DNA from: a virus
Length of the DNA: 64,000 bases
Virus record (IMG/VR): IMGVR_UViG_3300042691_025267
Span: 1-64,000 of that record
Strand: one strand, 5' to 3'
Of this stretch, positions 1-9,077 are shown piece after piece (the stretch's first letter is position 1; every line of letters begins with the position of its first letter). The position numbers were made by a program, and so were the translations under genes. The notes under the pieces were generated by a model. That model was not told the DNA's origin. It did not search any database and saw only the letters and a program-made list of their open reading frames with translations.

Positions 1-9
1 CATAGACTT

Positions 10-198
10 TCATGTGTGCCATACATCTCGTAGTTTAGTGGTTTCATTATAATTCTGTAAACAATTCACAAGGTAATCGGCTATAATAAAATCTGGGGTA
101 TTACACTCACCGTCAATACTCAAGCGATTAACCAGCTCTCGCACTTGTGTTCTAAACTTTTCAATGTTGCGTATCTGTTCATTTCTAGAAACTTTCAT
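10..198 (-). CDS. hypothetical protein
   Basis: 62 aa ORF with ATGA overlap to the upstream methyltransferase stop. Confidence 0.6.
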   Translation of the reverse strand: MKVSRNEQIRNIEKFRTQVRELVNRLSIDGECNTPDFIIADYLVNCLQNYNETTKLRDVWHT

Positions 199-812
199 AG
201 ATATACCTCACGAATGTAATCCCATACGATGATATTCATTGCAGCACTGACATTGAATGAACGCAACACACCACGCTGGGGAATGCTGACTTTATTAAAA
301 AATTTATTTGAAATATATTCAGGGATGCCATGTGACTCGCTCCCAAATAAAAACAATGGGGTATACTTTTCGTGTGGATAGATACCTACATCATACCAGC
401 TAAATTTTCCTAGTTCATGTCCGCCGTGTTCACACAAGACAATATCATGCGTAGTATCGTGAAGATTGCATAATGCGCCGAAAATATCTTCGTCTGCGTG
501 AATCGGGTCATCATATACAAACTGATGAATGTTAATATAATTCTCCGCGCCTACTGTGCTTCTCTTGTCAAACTTCTTGCGACCAAAGATATAAAAGTTT
601 TCGGCTCCCAACAAACACGCCGAACGGATCATCATTCCAATATTCAAGTCACCTGCGATATTGATACATCCTACAGAAAATGCACGTTGTCCTAATCCAC
701 AAATTGTTTGATTTTCTTCTACTGTATTGTTCTTATATTCATCACGGACGTTGTAATGGTTGCTCACGGTATCTTTAATAATACGCGAATAATTCACCAT
801 AGGGTTTTCCAT
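195..812 (-). CDS. SpoU/TrmH-family (SPOUT) RNA 2'-O-methyltransferase
   Basis: Motifs NIGMMIRSA, LFLFGSESHGI, IPQRGVLRSFNVSAA; start moved to ATG at 812, which has GGAG upstream. Confidence 0.85.
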   Translation of the reverse strand: MENPMVNYSRIIKDTVSNHYNVRDEYKNNTVEENQTICGLGQRAFSVGCINIAGDLNIGMMIRSACLLGAENFYIFGRKKFDKRSTVGAENYINIHQFVYDDPIHADEDIFGALCNLHDTTHDIVLCEHGGHELGKFSWYDVGIYPHEKYTPLFLFGSESHGIPEYISNKFFNKVSIPQRGVLRSFNVSAAMNIIVWDYIREVYL

Positions 813-840
813 AACAAAACTCCCATATTGAGTATACTGT

Positions 841-869
841 AATATAACACAATATGGGAGAAAAGTCAA
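841..869 (-). promoter_or_regulatory. sigma70-type promoter with extended -10
   Basis: Minus strand TTGACT-17 nt-TATATT with TGn before the -10. Confidence 0.8.
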
Positions 870-881
870 GTGGGAGTATTA

Positions 882-1757
882 TTACTTATTAATTCCCACT
901 GAACACAATTCTTTATTGTTTCTGAAATTACACCAACGACATGCTTCCTTAGAGGGCTTAGGAGACTGAGTTATAATGTAATTACCCTCATCGTCAAATG
1001 CCTTATTAATGAATTCATGTAATGCCGTCCAACTCTTATTGACAGACGGTGTGCCATTAGACGGTTCAAACTTACTCACGCGAGGAATGGTAAACTGGCT
1101 ATTCTCCATCACGGTACGCTTGAGAATAATAAACTCTACGGAGATATTCTTCTCATCAATTCCCAACTGCTGTGCGAAGAACCGCTTGTACAACAACAAT
1201 TGACTGAGCTTCTTCGGATCACTCTTCTCTGACTGTGACCAACCTGCACGGGAAGTCTTGAGATCATATAACACATACCGATTTGTTGCCGTATTATGCG
1301 TTACAATGTCAATAAATCCCACATAGTTTACACCAGGCTTTACTTCTGCTTTCAACTCATATTCAATACCAAACAGTTTCGTATTTGCGGTAGGAAAGAG
1401 TTTCTTATAATTCTGCTGGACATAGGTAAGAATCTGACACCCCTGCTCGTAATATTGCATAAGGGTTTTCTTATCACTGAGGAATGTCTTCTCTCCATTC
1501 TCATTCAGTACCGTCTTTTCCTTAAACAAGTCCAGCAACGTATCCTTGAACGTATCATGGAGGTAGACAGTCTTTGCCACGGACTCGCTCTTATTATATA
1601 GCGTGTCAAGCCAATCTTGAATCACTTCATGAATAGCCGTGCCGAAGATGGTATTGATGCTTGTATCATCAATCTTATGTCCATCAACATACTTGAGCTT
1701 CCATGCCTGCGGACAGTTTGCCCATAACGTATATTGACTGTAACTGATTTTATTCAT
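882..1757 (-). CDS. PD-(D/E)XK Cas4/RecB-like exonuclease, probable Fe-S cluster
   Basis: ISYSQ..W.NCP, FGTAIHE, GFIDIV, YDLKT, C-terminal CRWC..C; start trimmed to MNKISYSQ. Confidence 0.85.
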   Translation of the reverse strand: MNKISYSQYTLWANCPQAWKLKYVDGHKIDDTSINTIFGTAIHEVIQDWLDTLYNKSESVAKTVYLHDTFKDTLLDLFKEKTVLNENGEKTFLSDKKTLMQYYEQGCQILTYVQQNYKKLFPTANTKLFGIEYELKAEVKPGVNYVGFIDIVTHNTATNRYVLYDLKTSRAGWSQSEKSDPKKLSQLLLYKRFFAQQLGIDEKNISVEFIILKRTVMENSQFTIPRVSKFEPSNGTPSVNKSWTALHEFINKAFDDEGNYIITQSPKPSKEACRWCNFRNNKELCSVGINK

Positions 1758-1758
1758 A

Positions 1759-1989
1759 TTAGAAATCCAAGAGCTTCTTAAAGGTAGTTTCTTCACGCTT
1801 GTTGTAACTATCAACCGTCATCGTGTGTTGTGTGTGCTTGAGAATTAGTCGAGCCACTTCAAGAGCAACGTCAATGTCGTCCACCCGAAACTGCATCGGA
1901 CCAGTATCTTCCAACTCTATCAATATACTCATCTTGCCCGTAAACTTCAAGGCAAATTCTTTTAATGGTTCTGTCTTTTTCTTTGGCAT
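1759..1989 (-). CDS. hypothetical protein
   Basis: 76 aa ORF packed tightly between neighbours. Confidence 0.6.
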   Translation of the reverse strand: MPKKKTEPLKEFALKFTGKMSILIELEDTGPMQFRVDDIDVALEVARLILKHTQHTMTVDSYNKREETTFKKLLDF

Positions 1990-1991
1990 AA

Positions 1992-2369
1992 TTAAAAGGG
2001 TTGAATTGCTTTACGACCAGTAGCGTGTTCATCACACAAGGTACGATACCACCGACCTTCACGGAGTTGACCAGCGTTCCCACAATCTTCGCAAATGGTA
2101 TAACTTTGCTTCTCTATCTCAATGAGGAACTTATCAAACTCGTCGTATGCAGCATCGTCGTAAAAGGCCCCAGTGTATACACGAAGACCGCCATACTTTT
2201 CTTTGACCTGTACGATCTTTGTATCAATCTTCAGTTCATCGCGTTTGTCAAAGATGGCGTCAATCAGTGTAGACCATCCTTTACCAACACTGTCTTTGGC
2301 AAGTTCACGGTCATAACCACCATCTTCATAAACGACAAAGCCAGGGGCACGAATTTCTTTTTTAATCAT
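1992..2369 (-). CDS. conserved phage hypothetical protein (Zn-binding)
   Basis: GW..LI, QVKEKYGGLRVY, CEDCG...TLC..H pattern typical of a common phage family. Confidence 0.7.
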   Translation of the reverse strand: MIKKEIRAPGFVVYEDGGYDRELAKDSVGKGWSTLIDAIFDKRDELKIDTKIVQVKEKYGGLRVYTGAFYDDAAYDEFDKFLIEIEKQSYTICEDCGNAGQLREGRWYRTLCDEHATGRKAIQPF

Positions 2370-2605
2370 CGGATACTCTCGTCAGTCTTGGGCTTTAAGT
2401 TAGCAACGTATCGTTCGACGGGAGCCTGAACCATCTCTAGCATATAGACTACCAACTTGAAAAATCCCATTGCCACAACGACCGGCCAGAAGAACCAATA
2501 AAAGATTGCCGGATCATACTTATCCATCCAACCAAACTTGGCACATACGGTCATAAAGAAAAAACCAAACGTGAGATATGTTATCAAAAGGATTGATGTG
2601 GTCAT
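2366..2605 (-). CDS. small membrane protein
   Basis: Two hydrophobic segments; AGGAG upstream. Confidence 0.65.
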   Translation of the reverse strand: MTTSILLITYLTFGFFFMTVCAKFGWMDKYDPAIFYWFFWPVVVAMGFFKLVVYMLEMVQAPVERYVANLKPKTDESIR

Positions 2606-2638
2606 AGTCAATGTCTCCTAATTAATGGGATATATTGT

Positions 2639-2667
2639 AATATAACACTTATTCTACCGAAAGTCAA
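2639..2667 (-). promoter_or_regulatory. sigma70-type promoter with extended -10
   Basis: Minus strand TTGACT-17 nt-TATATT, same hexamers and GTGT context as 841..869. Confidence 0.8.
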
Positions 2668-2702
2668 GGGGTCTATTAAATAATATTTTTAACCTAAAAA
2701 AT

Positions 2703-2712
2703 GATATTTATA
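2703..2712 (+). promoter_or_regulatory. putative phage late promoter motif GATATTTATA
   Basis: Sense-strand copy of a motif recurring upstream of several genes. Confidence 0.5.
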
Positions 2713-2736
2713 AAAGGATCCTTTTCTGAGGAAGAT

Positions 2737-4104
2737 ATGTCACAACACAAAATTGTAAAAATCCCCGATTGGGTGTTACCGGAAGCAGAATCGTATATCA
2801 ATGAAGTTGGAAAAGATGGGTGGGAATTAACACATATTTATAATCAACATGCCTATCTAAAGTCTACTGCGGCAGGTACGATTATCAGTGGATCGTTGAA
2901 CGCCTCCGTTGATGCATTTGGTCGCCAACGTATGTCAGAACCATTTACGTTAGGTGATTACAAACACATTTATGGCATTGAAGATCAATTATTTATTAAT
3001 AGAACCACAGGTGATGGAGCAATTGGTAATATTATCAATCATTCCTCAACCATTTTATCCGTAACATCTAGTGGAGCATCTGCTATACATCAAAGTAAAA
3101 TGTATCATCACTACATGCCAGGAAAAAGTCAAGTCACTCTTGCCAGTTTTGTATTAGGAACCGCAGTTAGTGGGTCTACCAAGCGGATTGGATACTTTGA
3201 TGACTATAACGGTATTTTTTTGGAACAAGACGCAACGGGAAGTTTACAATTTGTTATTCGTTCTGCAACCAGTGGAACGGGGTCAATCACGGAACAACGT
3301 GTCAAGCAAACAAATTGGAATGTTAATACGTTATTGAATGGCGACTTTACTCTTGATATCAGTAAAACACAATTGTTCTACATAGACTTCCAATGGTTGG
3401 CAGTTGGGCGTGTTCGTTGTGGGTTCATACATAAAGGGATTACGGTCATCTGTCACGTATTTGATCATACAAATATTTTAGATGTTCCCTATATGCAGAA
3501 CCCCAATCTTCCAGTGCGATGTGAAATTAGAAATTCAGTATCGGCACCGTCTAGTATGGAACAGATTTGTTCAACGGTGATGAGTGAAGGCGGGTATGCA
3601 GAATCTGGAAAGGCGTATTCTATATCTAATGAAACCTTCCGTGTTCTTACTAGTGGGTCTACGTTACCTGTTCTTGCCATTCGGTTGAAGAATAATGTGA
3701 ATGGGATGCCAAATCGTGCATTCGTTCGTATTCAAGATTCGTCGGTATTCACGGATCAACAAAGTGTGCGATACGTACTTACCAAGCTACCCAGTGGGTC
3801 TATGTTAACCACTGCAAGTGCATGGGTATCAATAGATAGTGAATCAGTAGTAGAATATAATGCCAGTGCCACCGCTTATTCTGACGGTAAAGTATTACTC
3901 ACAGGATTTGTTGGGGCAAACTCTTTAAATATTAATCAAGCCAATCCATTAGTGCAAACTCATGCAGGGGTAACTAATAAACAAAACTTTATTGCACAAA
4001 ACTATAATTCTACCGATAGTGAAATCTATGTGTTGGTTGCAAAAAACATGACAGCAAACTCCACGAATATCGGCGCAACGATGTTGTGGTCAGAAATTTA
4101 TTAA
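2737..4104 (+). CDS. probable virion structural protein (beta-rich, SGS-rich)
   Basis: DAFGRQRMSEPFTL, HYMPGKSQ, IDFQWLAVGRVRCGF, NPNLPVRCEI blocks resemble a common large-phage family; GAGG RBS before ATG 2737. Confidence 0.6.
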   Translation: MSQHKIVKIPDWVLPEAESYINEVGKDGWELTHIYNQHAYLKSTAAGTIISGSLNASVDAFGRQRMSEPFTLGDYKHIYGIEDQLFINRTTGDGAIGNIINHSSTILSVTSSGASAIHQSKMYHHYMPGKSQVTLASFVLGTAVSGSTKRIGYFDDYNGIFLEQDATGSLQFVIRSATSGTGSITEQRVKQTNWNVNTLLNGDFTLDISKTQLFYIDFQWLAVGRVRCGFIHKGITVICHVFDHTNILDVPYMQNPNLPVRCEIRNSVSAPSSMEQICSTVMSEGGYAESGKAYSISNETFRVLTSGSTLPVLAIRLKNNVNGMPNRAFVRIQDSSVFTDQQSVRYVLTKLPSGSMLTTASAWVSIDSESVVEYNASATAYSDGKVLLTGFVGANSLNINQANPLVQTHAGVTNKQNFIAQNYNSTDSEIYVLVAKNMTANSTNIGATMLWSEIY

Positions 4105-4123
4105 TCTTCACCGAGTATCGTTT

Positions 4124-4327
4124 ATGCCATTCAAATATTATATCGCACAAATGCCTTCCGGCTCTATGAACAAAACATGGTTAGACCTCGTAGGATCTAA
4201 TACGTCACATGCACTAACAGGTGCACCAAGTGGAAGTTGGAACCTCGTCAACGTGGTTCCTATGGGTCCGTTAAACGAAAATGGTGGCGGATCTGTTATG
4301 TGTTACTTTGTGTCTGGATCCTATTAA
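4124..4327 (+). CDS. small hypothetical SGS-containing protein
   Basis: 67 aa ORF co-oriented just after the structural gene. Confidence 0.55.
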   Translation: MPFKYYIAQMPSGSMNKTWLDLVGSNTSHALTGAPSGSWNLVNVVPMGPLNENGGGSVMCYFVSGSY

Positions 4328-4511
4328 GTAGTTCGTCTTCTAATTCACGAACTTTATTGTGGATATTTTCTATATTAGTAGGATTCTCTACGTGATCATA
4401 TAACACGAGATGATCTTTACTGACTGAAATGTGAAAGGAATTTGGTGCGTCTTGTATGATGCCATACCAAGTTCCTTTTTCAGTTTTACTGATTTCCTTT
4501 CCCATATGCAT
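4296..4511 (-). CDS. hypothetical protein
   Basis: 71 aa ORF coupled to the upstream stop. Confidence 0.55.
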   Translation of the reverse strand: MHMGKEISKTEKGTWYGIIQDAPNSFHISVSKDHLVLYDHVENPTNIENIHNKVRELEDELLNRIQTQSNT

Positions 4512-4825
4512 TAGTCAGCCGTGTACGAATTGACGGATGGCAATCCACTATATTCACAATCTATTTTCTTTACATGTTCCCGCATCATACGTGCCAACAT
4601 CCAGCGTGTCTTGTCTTGTTCCCATTCACCCGTGAGTTCTGGGTACCATTCATAAAACATCCCCGAATGGCGTTCCGTCATGTAAGTAAACTTTTGCTCA
4701 TCAATAACAGATTGCTTTTTTTCTAACGGCGGGACTCGTGTACCGAAGGCTCGTTCCCAATTAGATGCGAATGTTTCTTGATCAACACTAATTGGTCTAG
4801 GGGTATCGCCTTTTCCATTACTCAT
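4511..4825 (-). CDS. hypothetical protein
   Basis: MSNGKGDTPRP..NWERAFG N-terminus; AGGAG RBS. Confidence 0.65.
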   Translation of the reverse strand: MSNGKGDTPRPISVDQETFASNWERAFGTRVPPLEKKQSVIDEQKFTYMTERHSGMFYEWYPELTGEWEQDKTRWMLARMMREHVKKIDCEYSGLPSVNSYTAD

Positions 4826-4833
4826 AACTACTC

Positions 4834-5427
4834 CTATATCCGAAACATGATGCCGGGGGTTTTAAACATAATTTTTAAATCAGTTAATACGGACTGTGTT
4901 TTAATATATTCTTGGTCCACTGCTAATTTTGCACGAACATCACTAATTCTTTTATCAGAAGGAAGTTGGATCTGTGCGAGTCCCGTAATTCCTGGTAGAG
5001 TATCATGTCGTTGATCGTATCCTTCCAACGTAGTACTTAAATACTCCGCAGTTCGTGGTTGTTCTGGACGGGGGCCTACAACATTCATGTGACCCAACAA
5101 TACGTTAATAAACTGTGGAAGTTCATCTAATCGTGTCTTTCGTAGTAACCCACCAATCGGTGTAATTCGTGGGTCAGATGGTATCGCCCAAAATTCACCC
5201 GTCTTTCTCAATCTAACATCAACATGTGGGCCATCTGCATATAATCCATCATACATACTTCTGAACTTGTAGATACGAAAGATACGTCCCTTGTACCCAA
5301 CACGTTCTTGGATATACAGGATGGGTCCAGGCGATGTTACTTTAACGCAGATGGCAATAATCACCATAGGAATTAAAAACAATAGTATTAATACACACGC
5401 CACGATAATGTTAAATGCCCGTCTCAT
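4834..5427 (-). CDS. bacterial sugar transferase (small PglC/WcaJ-type phosphoglycosyl transferase)
   Basis: SPGPILY.QERVG, KFRSM, DPRITPIG..LRKTRLDELPQ, VGPRPE, PGITGLAQI. Confidence 0.92.
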   Translation of the reverse strand: MRRAFNIIVACVLILLFLIPMVIIAICVKVTSPGPILYIQERVGYKGRIFRIYKFRSMYDGLYADGPHVDVRLRKTGEFWAIPSDPRITPIGGLLRKTRLDELPQFINVLLGHMNVVGPRPEQPRTAEYLSTTLEGYDQRHDTLPGITGLAQIQLPSDKRISDVRAKLAVDQEYIKTQSVLTDLKIMFKTPGIMFRI

Positions 5428-5436
5428 AATAACTCC

Positions 5437-5874
5437 TTAATAGTAATCTACAACTACTCCGGCTTCCCGAAACATAATCACACTTCGTTCAGCATGTTCA
5501 CTCCATTTACTACTCATTGCATCATCGTCGTCTTCTATGATAATTCGTCGGATCCCAGCGTTAATAATCCCACGAGCGCAATCAGCACAAGGCATTCCAC
5601 AAGTAAGATACATTGTGCAATCTTTCGTAGACACCCCAATACGAGCTGCGTTATAAATTGCATTACGTTCTGCGTGTTCAAACCAATAATACTTTTCAGG
5701 TCGTTCTTGTCGTGCGTCAACACCATCATGTATACCTCGTGGGAAGGAATTATATCCCGTGGATACAATTTCGTTATCTTTGCCAACGATTACCGCTCCA
5801 ATCTTGGTGTACTTATCTTTTGATTTCAGTTTGACTTGTTGTACGATATTGCGAAAATAATCTTTCCAGTTCAT
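5437..5874 (-). CDS. dCMP deaminase
   Basis: STGYN, HAERNAI and PCADC zinc-binding motifs. Confidence 0.92.
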   Translation of the reverse strand: MNWKDYFRNIVQQVKLKSKDKYTKIGAVIVGKDNEIVSTGYNSFPRGIHDGVDARQERPEKYYWFEHAERNAIYNAARIGVSTKDCTMYLTCGMPCADCARGIINAGIRRIIIEDDDDAMSSKWSEHAERSVIMFREAGVVVDYY

Positions 5875-5878
5875 AATA

Positions 5879-8566
5879 TTAGTTTGCTAATGAAACTCCC
5901 AATGAAATCATTCGTCCCACGTTATATCCTTCACGTTCCAAGTTCCCCTGCATGAACCGATAGCGTGCGTCAAGTATATTACGAACATCCATCTTCAAGT
6001 TTGCCCGTTGAGTGATCGGTGCTTTGATTGTAACATCTACCATATGACGGGCCTTCTCCACAATGTTTGGAAGTGGAAGAACACCGGCGGCAAATATTCT
6101 GTCACCTACCGTGTTATACAATATGGTTGCATTGGTGCGTCCACTCAACGATGAATAGGTGACCCCCATGTTTACCACATACGGTGCTTGACCAACTAAT
6201 GCCCGTTTACTATCCGTGACCGTTAATCCTCTGGTCGTATCTAATTGCACCGTGGAACTCATCACCGTAATATTACTAAAGACGGTGAGGAAAGTCAAGA
6301 CCTGCTTTCGTCCTTCTAATTCAATACCAATATTATCAGCCATTAATGCGTTCTGGAAATTGGCTTGATAGGCGCCAGAGGTTGCTTGTTCTACTCGTTC
6401 AATCGGATCAATAAATTGTTTGGCAAATAATCCAATACTGAAGATTTCATTTGGGTTCGGAAAGTGTTCATATCGGACATCTATATTATTAATTAATCCC
6501 CGACGCAATTTATTATTGCCCGTCACACTTACTCCACCCAACACATCACGGAACGTCACGGGTGCCAACTCACGATATTCTGGACGAGTGACGGTACGAG
6601 ACACCGCAAACCGTAGATTGGTATTATCTGTAAATCGTGTATTGAGCAGAAGTGCTGGTAACACATCAAAGTTGCGTAGATTGGATTCCACCGTAAATCC
6701 ACCTTGTGTTGATGTATTCACATTGATGTCTGCATATTCTGCCCGTCCACCCACAATCATTTTGATATGGTCTGCGAACTGCCATTCCGTCATGACATAT
6801 CCTGCCGTATTCACATCCGTTGCCGTATATGATCCTGCTTGACCAATCGGTTGGACATTGATGGTGTTACACGTTGGACATGCTTGATCCTTACCAAAGA
6901 TAACGTCGGCAGGTTGTGTGGTAACTGTTTGGTTTGCACGAGTGATGAATGCGTAAATCGGTGCTTGGGTATTTCGTTCTGTATTTCGGTAATAGGTTCC
7001 CACCTTTACATTATGTTTATTATTAATGGTCAGTGTGTGATCCAATTGCCCCACGAGATTTTCTTCGTTTAAATCAAAATACAACCGACGAGCCCCATCT
7101 AATGAACCCAACAAGGAATATCCAATTTCTGGATTCCGTGCATACACGACATCAGAGCGGTCAGGTTCACGACGGGACGTATGTGCAGTTGTCAATGACC
7201 ATGACGTTTTATTATTGGTAGAGAGTTGATGATCCCCTTGCCCCGTGATAGAGACAACACCACGCTCGACATATCGTAAGGTGGTACGACGAATACTGTC
7301 CGCAAGGTTTTCATCATATCCCGCATCCACACGGGCTTCATTGTCGGCGTTTCTCGTAAAGGTACTGTTCAATGATACACGGGACATTTGCCCAATCATC
7401 GTGGAGAGATTTGCGATACCACCCCATTGTACACCCACTCGGGCTGTTTGTCCATTCAAGGATGTTAAGGGAACCACGGTATTATTTGGTCCTTGATTAC
7501 CTACGGCAAACTGTTCGTTACTTCTTACTTCTTCACTGTATCCATAGTTTCCACTGAACACATATCCCACATTCTTTCCCAATACTTTATTGCCACCCGC
7601 CGACATACCCAACGAACTATTCCCACGACCACTACGATACTGTGGTGCCCAGACATTCCGTTGAGAACGAATGATGTTATTCATCTGTTCTTGCGTGACA
7701 GATCCCAAGAAGTTTGCCGTTGCTAAATCCGTAGGCATGTTTCGTGATGCACCTGCCACTGCAATCAACTCACCACCGGCGCGAGGAGCAAAGGGTAATG
7801 TATTACTGATAACCCGACTGTTTGCCCCAACACTCATGGAATAGTTTACTTGCTTTCGTGCGGGAAACTCTTTCGTCTTAATGTTCACCGTGGCACCAGC
7901 AAAGTCGCCGGGTTGGTCTGGAGTAAAGGTCTTACTGGTACTGACTTCTTGCAACAAACTAGACGGGAATAAATCCAGTGGAACCACCTTTCGTTCGGGT
8001 TCTGGACTTGGGAGACGAACACCATTCAAGTTTGCTGTGGTGTATCGTTCACTCAACCCACGTACTTGTAGGTACTTGCCATCTTGTACCGTGACACCAC
8101 TAATACGTTGTGCCGCTTGTGCTGCATCTCCGTCTGGTGAACGAGAGATTTGTTCTGCGGTAACTGCGTTCGTCACATTGGTAGCATTCTTCTGTGCATT
8201 CAAGGCGGAATTGATACTACCGTTTTCTTTTACTGCTGTGACACTCACGGTGGAGAGTTGCACGTTGGCTACTTTCATTACGATGTCTTGTTCTACCACA
8301 CCATTTGCAGGAACAATAATACCCGTAATCGTCTTTGGCGTATATCCAATACGACGGACTTGAATAGTAGTCGTACCAGCAACCGTTTGTAACCGATATC
8401 GTCCATCCACCCCAGACATCACGCCTGTAGTGGTTCCGACGACTTGAATACCGACACTTGTCAATCCTTGACCAGTTGCTTCATCAAGTACTCTACCAAC
8501 AATTTGTCCCGTTTGGGCAAATACCGACGAAAACGGGACAAACAACGCCAACAAAATTTTTCTCAT
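5879..8566 (-). CDS. TonB-dependent outer membrane receptor with N-terminal carboxypeptidase-regulatory-like domain
   Basis: Signal peptide (VFA/QTG); GRVLD..TG..DGRY domain; plug VRGLSERY..LDLFPS..SKTFTPD; barrel GNNKL, NIGIELE, VRNILD. Confidence 0.92.
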   Translation of the reverse strand: MRKILLALFVPFSSVFAQTGQIVGRVLDEATGQGLTSVGIQVVGTTTGVMSGVDGRYRLQTVAGTTTIQVRRIGYTPKTITGIIVPANGVVEQDIVMKVANVQLSTVSVTAVKENGSINSALNAQKNATNVTNAVTAEQISRSPDGDAAQAAQRISGVTVQDGKYLQVRGLSERYTTANLNGVRLPSPEPERKVVPLDLFPSSLLQEVSTSKTFTPDQPGDFAGATVNIKTKEFPARKQVNYSMSVGANSRVISNTLPFAPRAGGELIAVAGASRNMPTDLATANFLGSVTQEQMNNIIRSQRNVWAPQYRSGRGNSSLGMSAGGNKVLGKNVGYVFSGNYGYSEEVRSNEQFAVGNQGPNNTVVPLTSLNGQTARVGVQWGGIANLSTMIGQMSRVSLNSTFTRNADNEARVDAGYDENLADSIRRTTLRYVERGVVSITGQGDHQLSTNNKTSWSLTTAHTSRREPDRSDVVYARNPEIGYSLLGSLDGARRLYFDLNEENLVGQLDHTLTINNKHNVKVGTYYRNTERNTQAPIYAFITRANQTVTTQPADVIFGKDQACPTCNTINVQPIGQAGSYTATDVNTAGYVMTEWQFADHIKMIVGGRAEYADINVNTSTQGGFTVESNLRNFDVLPALLLNTRFTDNTNLRFAVSRTVTRPEYRELAPVTFRDVLGGVSVTGNNKLRRGLINNIDVRYEHFPNPNEIFSIGLFAKQFIDPIERVEQATSGAYQANFQNALMADNIGIELEGRKQVLTFLTVFSNITVMSSTVQLDTTRGLTVTDSKRALVGQAPYVVNMGVTYSSLSGRTNATILYNTVGDRIFAAGVLPLPNIVEKARHMVDVTIKAPITQRANLKMDVRNILDARYRFMQGNLEREGYNVGRMISLGVSLAN

Positions 8567-8592
8567 ACAATTGTTCTCAATAAGGGTCAGAC

Positions 8593-8602
8593 TATAAATA
8601 TC
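8593..8602 (-). promoter_or_regulatory. putative phage late promoter motif GATATTTATA
   Basis: Identical to 2703..2712, on the sense strand 26 nt upstream of the TBDR start. Confidence 0.5.
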
Positions 8603-9077
8603 ACAATTTAGCCTTCTTCAAGGTTTTACTATCTATACCATAATTCTTACACAACATAATCAACGCATCTTTATTATGTGTGTAGTAAATTTCCAAATAC
8701 TGGATTGCTTCTACTTTAGATACGCTAAAATGTTTTGCTACAAGGTCTACCAACCACGATTCATACTTTTCATCTTTACTACCTTTAATATATTTGTTAT
8801 ACTGCTTCCCTTTCGGGAGCATACTTGTCAGAAACAAATAATGCGCCCGATCAGGAATAGCAGAATATTTTTGTACTGCATTAACGACTTGTGCATAGTT
8901 GACGTTCATAGAAAGAAACCGATGCATCATATAACGAGAATTCTTATATTTCTTTTTCTCCGCATCATTTAGATTATCAAAGAAATCAGTAGATTGATCA
9001 GTGGTGATCCCACTCAAAAAATCAAATAGTTCTTTTCCTTTATTTGTTTCTTCGGTTTGTACTTTCTTTTTAGGCAT
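8601..9077 (-). CDS. gp62: clamp loader small subunit (T4 gp62-like)
   Basis: LFDFLSGI, YMMHRFLSM, HYLFL...LPKGKQYNKYIK, HFSVSKVEA.QYL; located near gp44/gp45. Confidence 0.8.
   Translation of the reverse strand: MPKKKVQTEETNKGKELFDFLSGITTDQSTDFFDNLNDAEKKKYKNSRYMMHRFLSMNVNYAQVVNAVQKYSAIPDRAHYLFLTSMLPKGKQYNKYIKGSKDEKYESWLVDLVAKHFSVSKVEAIQYLEIYYTHNKDALIMLCKNYGIDSKTLKKAKL

Noticed and set aside
882-1757. Cas4-like nuclease as part of a CRISPR system
   Set aside because: No repeat-spacer array or other cas gene seen; solo Cas4-like nucleases are common in phages
8593-8600. T4 late promoter TATAAATA on the plus strand
   Set aside because: It faces antisense to the flanking genes; better explained as the minus-strand GATATTTATA motif
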